Source of the DNA: Octopus sinensis
Taxonomy: Eukaryota
DNA length: 64,000 bases
Reading direction: 5' to 3'
Assembly (NCBI RefSeq): GCF_006345805.1
Contig: NC_043000.1
Location: 18,104,001 to 18,168,000 of the forward strand
Of this stretch, positions 39,001-54,175 are shown in pieces. Under the pieces are notes generated by a model. The model saw nothing but the letters and a program-made list of their open reading frames with translations. It was not told where the DNA came from and searched no databases. Both the position numbers and the translations under genes were made by a program. Position 1 is the stretch's first letter. Every line of letters begins with the position of its first letter.

Positions 39001-39971
39001 GAAGTTGAGGGAAATGTATCTTCAGACAGAGTGGACAGGCAGAAATATGTCTGTCCCAATAGATATATACAGAGACACAGATAGATAGACAGATACATGG
39101 GTGAGACCATCATCATCATCGTTTAGCGTCCGCCTTCCATGCTAGCATGGGTTGGACGGTTCAACTGAGGTCTGGGAAGCTAGAAGGCTGCATCAGGCGC
39201 AAATATGGAAACAGGAGTAGACAGACCACCAGACATGGAAACAGATCAAGAATGCAAGCAATTGGTTGATAAATATATGGGCACATTGTGGTGCCGGCTA
39301 CTTAGGTGTAAGGAGGTACTAGAAATTCAGTTGTAAGACAGATCAGTGTATTTGACCAGTCATTTGTTATCGTGTGGTGCTGAGTTCATTTCATATTACA
39401 GGTAGAGAATACTATCTGCGGTAGATCAGTGCCCTTTCCCAGGAAAAATTAGTCTCTAATTTTAAATGGTACCTGGGAAACTAGTAAATGAGTGAACAAC
39501 AGAGTCAAAGTGAAAGAAAGAAAAAAGTGAGAGGGAAAGAACAAGAGAAAGAATAAACAGAGAATGTCTTTTATTCAGACATTGTGTGTGTTTGTATATA
39601 TATATATATATATCACTTCACTTTGATCACTTTGACCGACCAGTCCGTCAGGCGTCCATTTGACACCGCTGGTCACAGCACGCTGTCCACTCCTCTCTGG
39701 ATCGCGCCTTTCTCATCCACGTGATCCCAATCGTCCTCTTGAAATCGTCACTGCAATGTTATATGGTAGTGAAACATGGGCTACCACAAAGAGAGAAGAG
39801 CAAAGACTGATAACAGCTCAAAGAGCCATGGAAAAGGTCAATGCTTGGTATCTCGTTGAGAGGGCACATAAATAGCAACATCATCAGAAGAAGTCCGGCG
39901 TGAGAGATGTCATCGCAGAGTATACTTGCAGCAAGTATAGATGGGCTGGACACGTCGCCCGGCTTACCGAT

Positions 39972-40026
<55 letters not shown>

Positions 40027-42616
40027 TATACATATATATGACAAGCTTCTTTCAGTTTCTATCTACCAAATCCATTCAAAAGGCTTTGGTCAGCCCGAGG
40101 CTATAGTAGAAGACACTTGCCCAAGGTGCCACGCAGTGGGACTGAACCCGGAACCATGTGGTTGGTAAGCAAGCTACTTACCACACAGCCACTCCTACGC
40201 CTGTATGAAAAAAAAAATTGATAAAATATTTTGCGTATTGTAGAAGTATAACCTATTTATTGCTGATAAATTTTAGCAACAAAATCTTATATGGACCCCC
40301 ATTGAGAACCACTGATGTAATGTATTATTCATTTCTTAATAAAGTCTGGTGTTATTTGAAAGAGATGTATTTTTAGTAGACTTTATAGAGCTGCTCTATT
40401 TGCTCCATCAATAACAGTTGTTGTTTAGTTCTACATCAGCATTGATCAAGCAGAACTTTGATTAAACCTTTTGATAATAACCTGCCCTGCCTGAGACTAT
40501 GTTTGTTTCCATGATACAAACTAAATGCTCTCAAGTGAGTTAAATTAAAATGTTCCATCAAAATTTCATGTTAATTTCTGTTCCAGACATTAGTTTAACA
40601 ACGACAGAGTTATTTTACTAAATTTTTCCGTTTTCCATTATTTTCAAAATTAATTCAAACACAATAAGTGTATTTTAACAGAAATATACTAACTGAAATA
40701 GGCAGAGGCATGGCTGTGTGGTTAAGAAACTCATTTGGTAACCACATACTTTTAGGTTCAGTTCCAATATATGGCACTTTGGTAGGGCAAGTGCTTTCTA
40801 CTATATAGCCTCAGGCCAACCAATGCCTTGTGAGTGAATTTGGTAGACAGAAGCTGTGTGTGTGTGTGTCAGTGTTTGTCTCACACACACACACACACCA
40901 TCTGATAACCAATGTTGGTTTGTTTACATCCCTGTAACTTAGCAGTTCAGCAAAACAGACCAATAGAGCATGTACCAGTCTTTAAAAAAGCCACAAGTAC
41001 TGGGGTCAATCAGGGTCAACTAAAACTCTTCAAGGCCACAGTTCAATGACTAAGACGAGTAAAAGATACAAGATGAATAGTCTTAAAGATTTCCAAGCCA
41101 TGATTTACTCGTCTTCTCCCAGACAGAGTGTCTAGGACCATAGTATCCAATGTGTCCCACTTTCATGAAGGCAGGGTGTAATATGAGAGGGGTATAGCTG
41201 CTATTTTCAGCAGGTTAAGCTACCACATAGAGACTTCTTTCTTAGCTGTTGGTGGTGGAGGGTATGATAACTTAAGTTAAACAAGGGGACTTTGCAAACA
41301 AAGCTGTAAATTCTGTCAAGTGACCACACCCATATTTATTTCATTTAATCCCTCCTACCTCCTCTTAACACACAAACAATACCACCACTGCCAATACAAC
41401 CATCACCACTACCACTGCTGTTCACCTACCAGAAGTTACTATTATTCCCTTCAGCACCAATATTAGTAATGGCACTATTACCATCATCATCACCATCACC
41501 ATTATCATCACTGCCATCACTATCTTCGCCACTCATCACCAATACCATCAACACTATAACTAACAATAAGCCAACAGTCGGACCTGTTATGTGGTTTCTC
41601 AAACTATTAGAAATAGCAGCTAAATCTCCTTCAAATCATCCCCTGCTGCCTTAAAGAAAAGAAAGTTACATTAGATAATGTAGTCTTAGATAGACAGTGC
41701 CTGAATAAAATATGGAGTAAACATGGCTGGAACGGCTTTAACCTTTTTGGTACCAACCCCTGAGATTACCCCTGGTACTATTACAAAAAAAAAAACTTCA
41801 TGTTTTTTAAAGTGATCATCATCATCATTGTTTAACATCTGTTTTCCATGCTGGCATGGATTGGACGGCTTGACAGGAGCAGGCCAGGCTCCAATTGCCA
41901 GTTTTGGCATGATTTCTATGGATGGATGCTCTTCTTAATGCCAACCGCTTTATAGAAAAATGCTGAGTACTTTTTATGTGCTACTGGTACAGTGCATTTT
42001 ATGTGGCATTGGCATGAGCAAGACGAAGACCTCTCAGTTAGGAGAGGGAGTGGTGGGCATGGCCATAAAGGACATGCCTGTATGTATGGATGATTACAAT
42101 TTTACTTAGTTAGTTAGTTAATTTTTGGCTCAAAAAGCAAGGCCATGTAGGGGGACATGGAGTTATGTAGAGGGTGGTGTTCATGTAAAGAGTTCAGGCC
42201 ACTTGAGGTCAAGGGAGACTTTGAACCGAGCGGTCGTCGGCATCTTCACCATCTCGTCTGGCAGCTTATTCCACGGATCCGCAACTTAGCTTAATGTGTC
42301 TTCTTAAGTGCAGCAAATTGCCGGAGGTCTCAGTGCCTTGTCATCTCCTCAGTGAGGTCCAGCATCTGAAGATCTTTTCTCACCACTTTATCCCATACAT
42401 TAAAACCATCCATCAAAATTTCTTGCTAATTTAAGTTCCAAACACCAGATCAATAAAGACAGGAGTGGCTGTGTGGTAAGAAGCTTGCTTACCAACCACA
42501 TGGTTTCAGGTTGTCCCATTGTGTGGAACCATGGGCAAGTGTCTTCCACTATAGCCTTGGGCCGACCAAAGCCTTGTGAGTGGATTTGGTAGACGGAAAC
42601 TGAAAGAAGCCTGTCG

Positions 42617-42649
<33 letters not shown>

Positions 42650-43130
42650 TTGTGTGTTTGTGTTTGTGCCCCAACATTGCTTGACAACCGATGCTGGTGT
42701 GTTTACGTTCCCGTAACTTAGCGGTTCAGCAAGAGACCTATAGAATGAGTACTAGGCTTACAAAGAATAAGTCCTGGGGGTCGATTTGCTCGACTAAAGG
42801 CAGTGCTCCAGCATGGCCACAGTCAAATGACTGAAACAATTAAAAGAGTAAAAGGGGGTGTAAAGAGTTATTTTACAAAATTTTTCATTGCTTTCAAAGT
42901 TAATTGAAACAAAGGCAGCGTATTCCAAGAGTAATTTGGTTATAAGTCTGCTTAGGCGCAGGAGTGGCTGTGTGGTAAGTAGCTTGCTAACCAACCACAT
43001 GGTTCCAAGTTCAGTCCCACTGCGTGGCATCTTGGGCAAGTGTCTTCTGCTATAGCCCCGGGCTGACCAATGCCTTGTGAGTGGATTTGGTAGACGGAAA
43101 CTGAAAGAAGCCTGTCGTATATATGTGTGC

Positions 43131-43208
<78 letters not shown>

Positions 43209-46200
43209 TGTGTGTGTATATGTTTGTGCGTCTGTGTTTGTCCCCCTAGCATTGCTTGACAACCGATGCTGGTGTGTTTACGTCCCCATCACTTAGCGGT
43301 TCGGCATAGGAGACCGATGGAATAAGTACTGGGCTTACAAAAAGAATAAGTCCCGGGGTTGAGTTGTTCGACTAAAGGCAGTGCTCCAGCATGGCCGCAG
43401 TCAAATGACTGAAACAAGTAAAAGAGTAAAGAGTAAAAAGAGTTACTGAAGGAAAATTTGAATCTAAACACCAACAACAGCAGCAGCAGCATAGTCACTT
43501 ACCCACTTCTACCTCCAACATCAACAATACCATCACCATCATCATTATCATGTGCAATGAACAATATTTTGCTAGCAATAAATAAATGTTATAGGTGCAG
43601 GCATGGCTGTGTGATAGCTACAAATTTGCTTCCCGACCACATGGCTCCAGGTTCAGTCCCACTGTGTGGCACCTTGGGCAAATGTCTTCTACTATAATGA
43701 TACGAATGGGAGTTACTATAGCCCCAGGCCAACCAAAGCCTTGTAAGTGGGTTCGGTAGACAGAAACTGAAAGAAGCCTCTCTCTCTTTCTATGTGTGTG
43801 TGTGTGTGTGAAACAAGTAAAAGGTAAAAAACATACAAGTCTTCATTGGTCATGTAATCTGGTTATCAACCCCACCACCACCACCACTAAATTTGTGTCA
43901 TAGTATACAATAAATTATAGTAGCTTTTAGTTCTACTGTGAAGTCAATGTTGTTGCTCTTGCTGTTCCTGCTGCTTCTGTTGGTGTTGTTATGCTGGTTG
44001 AGATTGAATGAGATGATGATGATGAGGAGGAGGATGAGGATGTTATTGTTGCAGCTGATTGCAATGGTTGTGTTGTTGCTGATGTTTTGGTGGTGGTCGT
44101 TAACTGTGCTGGTAGCGGTATCATCATCATCATTGGCAACAACAGCAGCAGCAACCACCACCAACAACAACACCAACAACTTATTTCTTTACTACCCACA
44201 AGGAGCTAAACACAGAGGAGACAAACAAGGACAGACAGACAGATTAAGTCGATTGTATCGATCCCAGTGCGTAACTGGTACTTAATTTATCGACCCCGAA
44301 AGGAGGAAAGGCAAAGTAGACCTCGGTGGAATTTGAACTCAGAACGTAATGGCAGACGAAATATGGCTACGCATTTCGCCCAGCGTGCTAACGTTTCTGC
44401 CAACAACAACAACTGCTACTACATCTGCTGCCACCACCAACACCACAACAAACAATACAACAACTGCCACCACCAATCCTTTCTACTATAGGTACAAAGC
44501 CTGAAATTTGGGGGAGTGGGATAGTCAATTACATCAACCCCAGTGTTTCACCGGTACTTAATTTATCGACCCTGAAAGGATGAAAGGTAAAGTTGACCTC
44601 GGTGGAATTTGAACTCAGAACATAGCGGCAGACGAAATACCGCTAAGCATTTCGTCCAGTGTGCTAACGATTCTGCTAGCTCACCGCCACCACCAATACC
44701 AACACCAACACCAAAGCAATCACTACAATAACAACTACCACGACCAGCACCATCGAAACACTTATGGTGATGATAACTGCTGTTGTTGTTGTTGCTTAGC
44801 CACAGGTAAATCATAATCTAGCAAACCTGTAATCAAAGACTTTTTCAGACATTATTGCAGGACTACATTAATCAAGGTTTCTTTCTTTTGTTTTCTGTTG
44901 TGTCTGGGGAGAGCCATTTTCTTTTCGTGCCTCATAATTTAACAGACTCACCGGTTGAGAGTCAAAACTATTGAAAAGGTTGCAAGACGCAACAAAAATT
45001 TTAGGAAAATAAAAATAAGAAATAAGTAGAAATTTTACCGGTGAGTGTGTTAAATTATAAGGCACAAAAAGAAAATGACTCTCCCCAGACATAACAGAAT
45101 ATGCTTCAACACACGAACTCAAATAAAGAATCTTGCAAACCAAATCCAAAAATTTCTTTTGTTTATTTTCTTTGAAGATGGTAAGAAGTGATTTAGGAGA
45201 GATTAGGCTACTATTTTTTAGCAGGTTGAGCAAGTTGTAATAGTTGAGATTGCTGTATTAGTCATTGTGGTTGATGTTAAAGTAAAAAAAACATAAAGAA
45301 GGGGACTATGTAGAATGTCCCCCCACCCTCTCATTGTCTGTCTGTCTGTCTAGTTTCTGCTTATGTTGGTATTACACTTGTATAGTGTCCAACCTGATGG
45401 GGGGGAGAGGAAGAGGTCCCATGTATTGCTTCTTTGTGTGAGTGTATGCTCCAACATATGACAAAAGTCAACACAGTGGAGATTAAAACTTATTTGATTC
45501 TCATGTAATTCCTTTGCTCTCTCTCTCTCTCTCCTACTCTCTTTCTCTCTCTCTCTCTCCACTCTTTCCTCCTTCCTCTTTCTCACACAAGCATGTCATA
45601 AACAACAAAACAGACTGGGAGTGAGGTATTTGTGTCTAATCCATGCCAGCAGGGAAGCCAGACAAAAAATATTGATGATGAAGATAATAATATATACACA
45701 TATATACACAGATAGATATAGGTTTGGGTAAATTATATTTGGTACATTGGTTCACCCACCCTAATATTCTCTTCTCTCAACTATTACAACAACAAGAGTG
45801 TTGACAAAGCAATATCAAACCACACCACCATCAGCATCACTTGACATGCTAGAAACAGCAGTCAAATTTCCTTATTACAAAAGGACACATCAAATTTCAT
45901 GGTCCTGGAGTTCACTCTAAATGGGGCGAAAAAAGACAAGATGGTTATAGTTGAAATACTTTGAACATGGAACCGCTCAATCAGGACTGTCCTTGGGCTA
46001 AGCAACAACAGTAGCAGCAAACAGTGAGGGAGCTTTTAGATGATTGCTCAGACTGCTATAATAGTCGCCTTATTTGCCTTAAATCATACCCTACTGTCTC
46101 AGGAAATGAAAGGACACATTGGTTAATGTAGTTCTAACACACTTCTAAAAGAGCTTCTGTGGTAGCTTGACATGCTAGAAATATCAGCCAAATCGTTCTC

Positions 46201-47733
46201 AAATCTCAATCATCACCATAAATCAGGAAAGCTATATTGGATAATGTAGTTCGTGACTTACATTGTCTCTGAATAAAAGACATGATGGTTATGGCTGGAA
46301 TGTCTTTGATAATGGTATGGACACATGATGTCTATCATGTGATCACACCAATACTCATGTAACAGACTAACTGGAGTTATGGCAACAGACTAAATACAGA
46401 TAATGGAATTATCAAATGTTATCATTGTTGTTTAGCTCAAGGTCAACTCTGATCAAAGGCATTCCAGCCATGACCAGCCCATGTGTTGGGGGTGTTATTG
46501 ATATAGAGGATCACATTATCTAATGTATCCTTCCCTCTTTTGAAGACAGGGGTATCAGATGAATGAGTTGGGGGAGATTTAGCTGTTACATTTAACAAAT
46601 TGAGGGACACTGTAGAGGGTCTCTTGTCGGCCCTTGATGTTATTGATACTCATGAGATGGTTCTTACATAATCATCTTATAATTCATTGATCAAATAAAA
46701 TCATGTTATTTTGTTACTCACTTAAACTTTTTGCCCATTCCAGTACACAGCCACTATCTGATGATACACCTTCAGCTATAAATACGAGTTCAGAACCAAT
46801 TTTCCAACCTACTAATGGATATAGGCCTGATTAAAAAAAAAAAAGGGTGAAAGATAGCATTATTTATTGAGTCAAAGTTTTAGTAAAATGTTATTCAAAT
46901 ATACACAAGATTATCAATATTCGCTATTTTTATTATTATTATTTATTTTAATATCATTGCTAATAATAACGATAATAATAATAATAATAAAAATAATAAT
47001 AATAATAATAACGATAATAATAACGATAATAATTATAGTTTCAAATTTTGCCACAAGGCCAGTAATTTTGGGGGAGAGAATGAGTTGATTACATCGACCC
47101 CAGTGTTCAAATGGTACTTATTTTCTTGACCCTGAAAGGATGAAAAGCTAAGTTGACCTTGGCAGAATTTGAACTCAGAATGTAGTGACAGGTGAAATAC
47201 CATTCTAGATTTAAATAATGTAAATATTGTAGGTGAAACACTGCTAAGCATTTTGTCCAGCACACTGATGATTCTACCAGCTTGCTGCCTTAGGAAGGAT
47301 TACTGTAAGACAATCTAACTGATCCTCTAACGACTTGGCTAATTTGTTGCTTTACAACAACAACAACAACAATAATAATAATCCTTTCTGTTATATGCAC
47401 AAGCCCTGAGATTCTTTTTTGGGAGGAGGCTCGTTGATTTCATCGACCCCAGGGCATAACTGGTACTTAATTTATCAACTCCGAAAGGATGAAAGACAAA
47501 GTCAACCTTGACAGATAATAATAATGGTTCCAAATTTTGGTACAAGGGCCAGAGAAATGGGTAAGTCAATTGCATTGATGCCAGTGCTCAACTGGTACTT
47601 ATTTTTATTGACTCTGAAAGGAAGAAAGGTAAAGTCAACCTCAGGGGAATCTGAACTCAGAATGTAGTGATGGGTGAAACGCTGCTAAGCATTTTGCCTT
47701 ATGTGCAAACAATTCTGCCAGCTTACGACATTC

Positions 47734-47766
<33 letters not shown>

Positions 47767-47957
47767 GTAATAATAGTAGTAATAATAATAATAATAATAA
47801 TAATAGTAATAATAATAATAACAATAATAATAATAGTAATAATAATAGTAATAATAACAATAATAATAACAATAACAATAACAATAATAATAACAATAAT
47901 AATAATAATAACAATAACAATAATAACAATAACAACAATAATAATAATAATAATAAC

Positions 47958-47995
<38 letters not shown>

Positions 47996-50900
47996 TAATA
48001 ACAATAATAACAATAATAATAACAATAATAATAATAATAATAACAATAATAATAACATAATAATAATAACAATAATAATAATAATAATAACAATAATAAT
48101 AATAATAATAACAATAATAATAATAATAATAATAATAATACTGATAATGATGATAAGGGTGGCAAAAATCATTAAAGTGATTGGGAAAAATATCAGTAGT
48201 TCCAATCCTAGTAGGATCAAGTTTGTCTTTTATCTTTCTGGGGCAGATGAAATGCTGGAGCTGATATAATCCTTAGCATAAAATGTTTGATTACATGCCT
48301 ATGCTAGAAATCCTTATTTTGAATATTATAACAAAAATGTTACTTGCTTGTTTTAAACAACTTGATGACGAAAAAATATTAAAAGGCAGAGGAAGGCATA
48401 AATGGTAAAATGCTAGACAAAAAATGCCTTATAGTATTTAGTTATGTCTACGTTCTGAGTTCAAATCCAGCCAGCGTTGGTTTTGTCTTTCATCTTTTAC
48501 AAGGTGTGATAAAGTTTGTTTTACTAATATCCTGGGGTTGAGTAGATGAATTTTAATTTCTAGAAATTTATAGTCTTTTGCCTATGTTAGAAATCTTATT
48601 ATATTACACTACAGTAAGGTAAAAAGTAAAGCTACCTTCTTGAGTCATAAGGGTTGGTTTCATGGCATATATATTCCTTACCTGGACAAGATATCAGTCT
48701 GTTGCCGGATTACTCATTTTTGCATGCTGAGAGGACTGGAGCAACATGAAATGAAGTGTTTTGCTCAAGAACACAATGGACTGCTGAGTCTAAGAATCGA
48801 AACCACAATCTTATGATCATAAGTTGAACACCCTAACCACTACAGTGGCTGCTGCTCTTCAGAGCTAGCTAATTATCTCTCATCATCCATATTGTGCCTT
48901 CTCTTGCCTCCAGTCTTCCCATCCAAGAACTTCAACCTTTTAGAATTTCTATCTCATCTACGTATAATTAGTCTAAGTTTATTTACTCCATAATATTCTC
49001 AAACTGTCTCAATTCTTCCATTGCCTCTAACACTTAGACAATTCCTTAATTGACTCTTACACTTAGACATTGTGGAGGCGCAATGGCCCAGTGGTTAGGG
49101 CAGCGGACTCACGGTTTCGATTCCCAGACCGGGCGTTGTGAGTGTTTATTGAGCGAAAACACCTAAAGCTCCACGAGGCTCCGGCAAGGGATGGTGGTGA
49201 TCCCTGCTGTACTCTTTCACCACAACTTTCTCTCACTCTTTCTTCCTGTTTCTGTTGTACCTGTATTTCAAAGGGCCGGCCTTGTCACTCTCTGTGTCAC
49301 GCTGAATATCCCCGAGAACTATGTTAAGGGTACACGTGTCTGTGGAGTGCTCAGCCACTTACATGTTAATTTCACGAGCAGGCTGTTCCGTTGATTCGGA
49401 TCAACCGGAACCCTCGTTGTCGTAACCGACGGAGTGCTTCCACCACTTAGACATTATAATATTTAGTAATGTCACTTAACATTTTGAGTTCATATCTCAC
49501 CAGGGACTATTTTGACTTTTTGGGGGTGGATAAGTACAAGGGACAGTTAAATTGATTACATTCATACAATACCTGCAATGGAAGCATGAGGTTGATTGCC
49601 AGTATTTAGATCAATGAAGGTTCCGGAACCCATTGTACATTTTACATCACCAACAGTATAACAGCAGTCTCCAAACATGGCTCCTTGCTGATCAGCAACC
49701 TGTGAGATATAAATCACAGATGGAATAAGTAAAAAAAAATGAATAAAGATTCAAGTTGTTTAGTCCCAGGTCAGTCTAACTGAGCAGTTGTATAAACAAA
49801 GTTATTTCAAGTATTTTCTCAAATGGTATTCTCTCTATTGACCCTTTAGCATTTAAACCAGCCATATCAGGCCAAAATATTCAATCTGTTTCAGATTCAA
49901 ACTGACCAGATCCTACCTGCCTCACTTACCTTACAATGTTATTCTAAAAATATACAATCACGTAAAAGCACCCACACTCTGTAAAGTGATTGGTGTTAGG
50001 AAGGGCATCCAACCATAGAGACTGTAGTGTACACTCTAGTGAAATGCCTCTCTCCTTTATTATATATACATACATCTGAACGTATCAGATAACAGCTAAC
50101 CTTTGGCTACTGTTTGGACCCTGTTGTGTCTACCACTCCGATTGGCTGGTATTGGTGCAATTTGTCTCTTACTTTATTGTGCTGACATGCAACCTAACCA
50201 ATCGAAGTCCCTAATTAAAATCTCGTGAAACAGTCTGTTCAAAATCCAATTTGAGCCTACTGTTACTTATGAAAGCTCAACTTCTTGTCTCGAAGTCTTT
50301 GGTTCCAGACCTTCTAAGGTCTAACCACTGACCACACAACACAGCCAGTTCCAGCAATGATGCCAGACAACACATGTCCAAAAGCATTGCAGCGATCTCC
50401 ATCTTTGTTGCCACCATCATGTCTCTCACCAATGTTGTCAACAACATCTCTATGTACACAGCACCAGCCACACTGCACAGGTTCTAACATAGCACTGTTC
50501 GTGAACTACTTCACCATGGTTAACAGCAAACATACAACCCACACAGATGCATGTAAAGATATCAATAAATCTTTCATAAGCCTTCTACGTGGTTGTGTCT
50601 CTTCTTTTTTCCAACTGGCACATCATATGTATTATTTCAGCCTTCTGATATGAATCGTTTAGATGGCCACACTACATGCACCATGGACCACTAACTATAA
50701 CGGTGACCACGACCATCCATAAGACTATGCCAAATCAGACTGGAGTCTGAGGCATCTCTCCAGCTTGCCTGTTCTGATCAAACTGTCCAGGCCATGTCAG
50801 CATGGATGAGAGATGTTAAATGATGATGATCATCATAGCCATCATCATTGAAATCTTGAAGATAGAAGATAATGCAAGATTAATTCCAAGCAATGTAAAT

Positions 50901-51649
50901 AAGTATTACATTTGACAAAACAATATGAATGCTAAAGTATTAAAGAATTTGCTCACCCCTCCCGCCTTCCCTTTTTTTCATACATTAATCCCTCATTTCT
51001 TTGCATAAAACACCTACTCCCAAGTTTTGTAGACTTGTGAGTTGCATGATAACCTCACTAGTGCCACTGGCATGAAAAAAGCACCCAGTACACTCTGTAA
51101 AGTAGCTGGCATTTGGAAGGGCATCCAGTCATAGAAACCATGCCAAAGCAGACACTGGAACACGGTGTAGCCTTTGGAGCCATCAAATCCTGCAAGACTG
51201 TCTAAACCATAGGACATGAAATGGTGATGATGACATAAGAGAAGGTTACACACACAAAAATCCTGTCACATCAATATCAACAGCACTGTATCCATAATAC
51301 ATATAATACATAGGCATTTCTTAAGATGGTTCACACAGTGTGCATATCTGATTCATGTTTTCATCTGCAAATAGCTGTACCATAGCCAATGCTTGGCCAG
51401 AGAACAAAATAAGCAGTTCAAAGACCAGTTGAAAATCGTTTTGAAGAACAGCAATACCAATCCTTCAAGAGTGGGAGACATGTTTACCTGTTGCTCATTG
51501 TTTGAGGTGGGGATTAAAGATATGGAGGAGAAATAATGCATTCAACATTGCCAGGAGAAACAAGAAAAGAGACATACACTAAGAGATACACTTCACCTTT
51601 CTAACCAATTCACATGCCCTATCTACAAAGGAAGCTGTACATGAGGGTT

Positions 51650-51680
<31 letters not shown>

Positions 51681-54115
51681 CTTTTACTCCTTACTCTTTT
51701 ACTCATTTCAGTCATTTGACTGCGGCCATGCTGGAGCACCGCCTTTTAGTCGAGCAAATCGACCCCGGGACTTATTCTTTGTAAGCCCAGTACTTATTCT
51801 ATCGGTCTCTTTTGCCGAACTGCTAAGTGACGGGGACATAAACACACCAGCATTGGTTGTCAAGCAATGCTAGGGGGGACAAACACAGACACACAAACAT
51901 ATACACACACACACCTACATATATATACATATATACGACAGGCTTCTTTCAGTTTCCGTCTACCAAATCAACTCACAAGGCATTGGTCGGCCCGGGGCTA
52001 TGGCAGAAGACACTTGCCAAAGATGCCACGCAGTGGGACTGAACCCAGAACCATGTGGTTGATTAGCAAGCTACTTACCACACAGCCACTCCTGCGCCTA
52101 TATATATATATATAATTAAGAGATAGAACCTCCATAAAGTAATTCAATTAATAAAGAAAGATATTATCTAGAACAAAATATAAATACATTATTATAAACA
52201 GTGTACAAAAAATTTCTATACTAAATAATACACATTAAAAATAATACACATTTAATTCTATATATATTTAATATTTCATGAACTTTGATTTAGTATTACG
52301 AAATTGAGTTTGTTTTCCCCTGTTGCCTTGGAATTTTATATTCCCTACTATTAATAATATATATATATACTCTTTTACTTGTTTCAGTCATTTGACTGCG
52401 GCCATGCTGGAGCACCGCCTTTAGTCGAGCAAATCGACCCCAGGACTTATTCTTTGTAAGCCTAGCACTTATTCTATCGGTCTCTTTTGCCGAACCGCTA
52501 AGTGAAGAGGACGTAAACACACCAGCATCAGTTGTCAAGTAATGCTAGGGAGACAACACAGACACATCATCATCATCGTTTTTTAACGTCCGTTTTCCGC
52601 GCTAGCAGGGTTGGACGGTTTCGACCGGGGTCTGGGAGCTCGGGACTGCCCCAGGCTCGTCTAGTCTGGCAGTGTTTCTACAGCTGGATGCCCTTCTAAC
52701 GCCAACCACTCCGCGAGTGTAGTGGGGTTTTTTTACGTGCCACCTGCACAGGTGCCAGAGGGGTCTGGCATTGGCCACGTCGGATGGTGCTTTTTATGGG
52801 GGGGTGCAGAAATATAGGGGAGCACCAGTGGGAGGGGTGGTGGTTCAGAGGACAGGTACTAGGCAAGTAGAACGTAGGGTATCGAGAGAGGGGTTAATGC
52901 ATGGTGAAATAGCGTATTGAGAGGGGGGTTCAAAGAGTAGACACCTATAATGGTGGTGGGGGGTGCAGAAATATAGGGGAGCACCAGTGGGAGGGGTGGT
53001 CAGAGGACAGGTTCTAGGCAAGTAGAACGTAGGATTCGAGAGAGGGGTAATGCATGGTGAAAAAATAGCGTATTGAAGAGGGGGGTTCAAAGAGTAGACA
53101 CCTATAATGGTGGTGGGGGTGGGTGCAGAAATATCAGGGAGCACCAGTGGGAGGGGTGGTCAGAGGACAGGTTCTAGGCAAGTAGAATGTAGGATATCGA
53201 GAGAGGGGTAATGCATGGTGAAATAGCGTATTGAAGGGGGGTTCAAAGAGTAGACACCTATAATGGTGTGGGGGGGTGCAGAAATATAGGGGAGCACCAG
53301 TGGGAGGGGTGGTTCAGAGGACAGGTTCTAGGCAAGTAGAACGTAGGATATCGAGAGAGGGGTAATGCATGGTGAAATAGCGTATTGAAGAGGGGGGTTC
53401 AAAGAGTAGACACCTATAATGGTGGTGGGGAGGTGCAGAAATATAGGGGAGCACCAGTGGGAGGGGTGGTTCAGAGGACAGGTTCTAGGCAAGTAGAACG
53501 TGGGATATCGAGAGAGGGGTAATGCATGGTGAATAGCGTATTGAAGAGGGGGGTTCAAAGAGTAGACACCTATAATGGTGGTGGGGGGGTGTGCAGAAAT
53601 ATAGGGGAGCACCAGTGGGAGGGGTGGTTCAGAGGACAGGTTCTAGGCAAGTAGAACGTAGGATATCGAGAGAGGGGTAATGCATGGTGAATAGCGTATT
53701 GAAGAGGGGGGTTCAAAGAGTAGACACCTATAATGGTGGTGGGGGGGTGCAGAAATATAGGGAGCACCAGTGGGAGGGGTGGTTCAGAGGACAGGTTCTA
53801 GGCAAGTAGAACGTAGGATATCGAGAGAGGGGTAATGCATGGTGAAATAGCGTATTGAAGAGGTGGGTTCAAAGAGTAGACACCTATAATGGTGGTGGGG
53901 GGGTGCAGAAATATAGGGAGCACCAGTGGGAGGGGTGGTTCAGAGGACAGGTTCTAGGCAAGTAGAACGTAGGATATCGAGAGAGGGGTAATGCATGGTG
54001 AAATAGCGTATTGAAGAGGGGGGTTCAAAGAGTAGACACCTATAATGGTGGTGGGGGGGTGCAGAAATATAGGGGAGCACCAGTGGGAGGGGTGGTTCAG
54101 AGGACAGGTTTTAGG

Positions 54116-54175
<60 letters not shown>

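Noticed and set aside
43890-44290. Poly-Leu/Ser/Thr ORFs
   Set aside because: They arise from mixed trinucleotide low-complexity sequence.
33712-46721. Nested gene in the 13-kb GK5 intron (e.g. ORFs at 37115-37387 and 38689-38951)
   Set aside because: No consistent exon chain or recognisable protein was found. The ORFs are low-complexity or repeat-derived.
47667-48269. Long ORFs of poly-Asn/Ile/Leu/Tyr
   Set aside because: They are translations of an (AAT/AAC)n microsatellite, which is stop-free in several frames.
50277-50653. ORFs of 64 and 98 aa inside the 0.69-kb insert
   Set aside because: No recognisable domain. The region is treated as an unidentified insertion instead.
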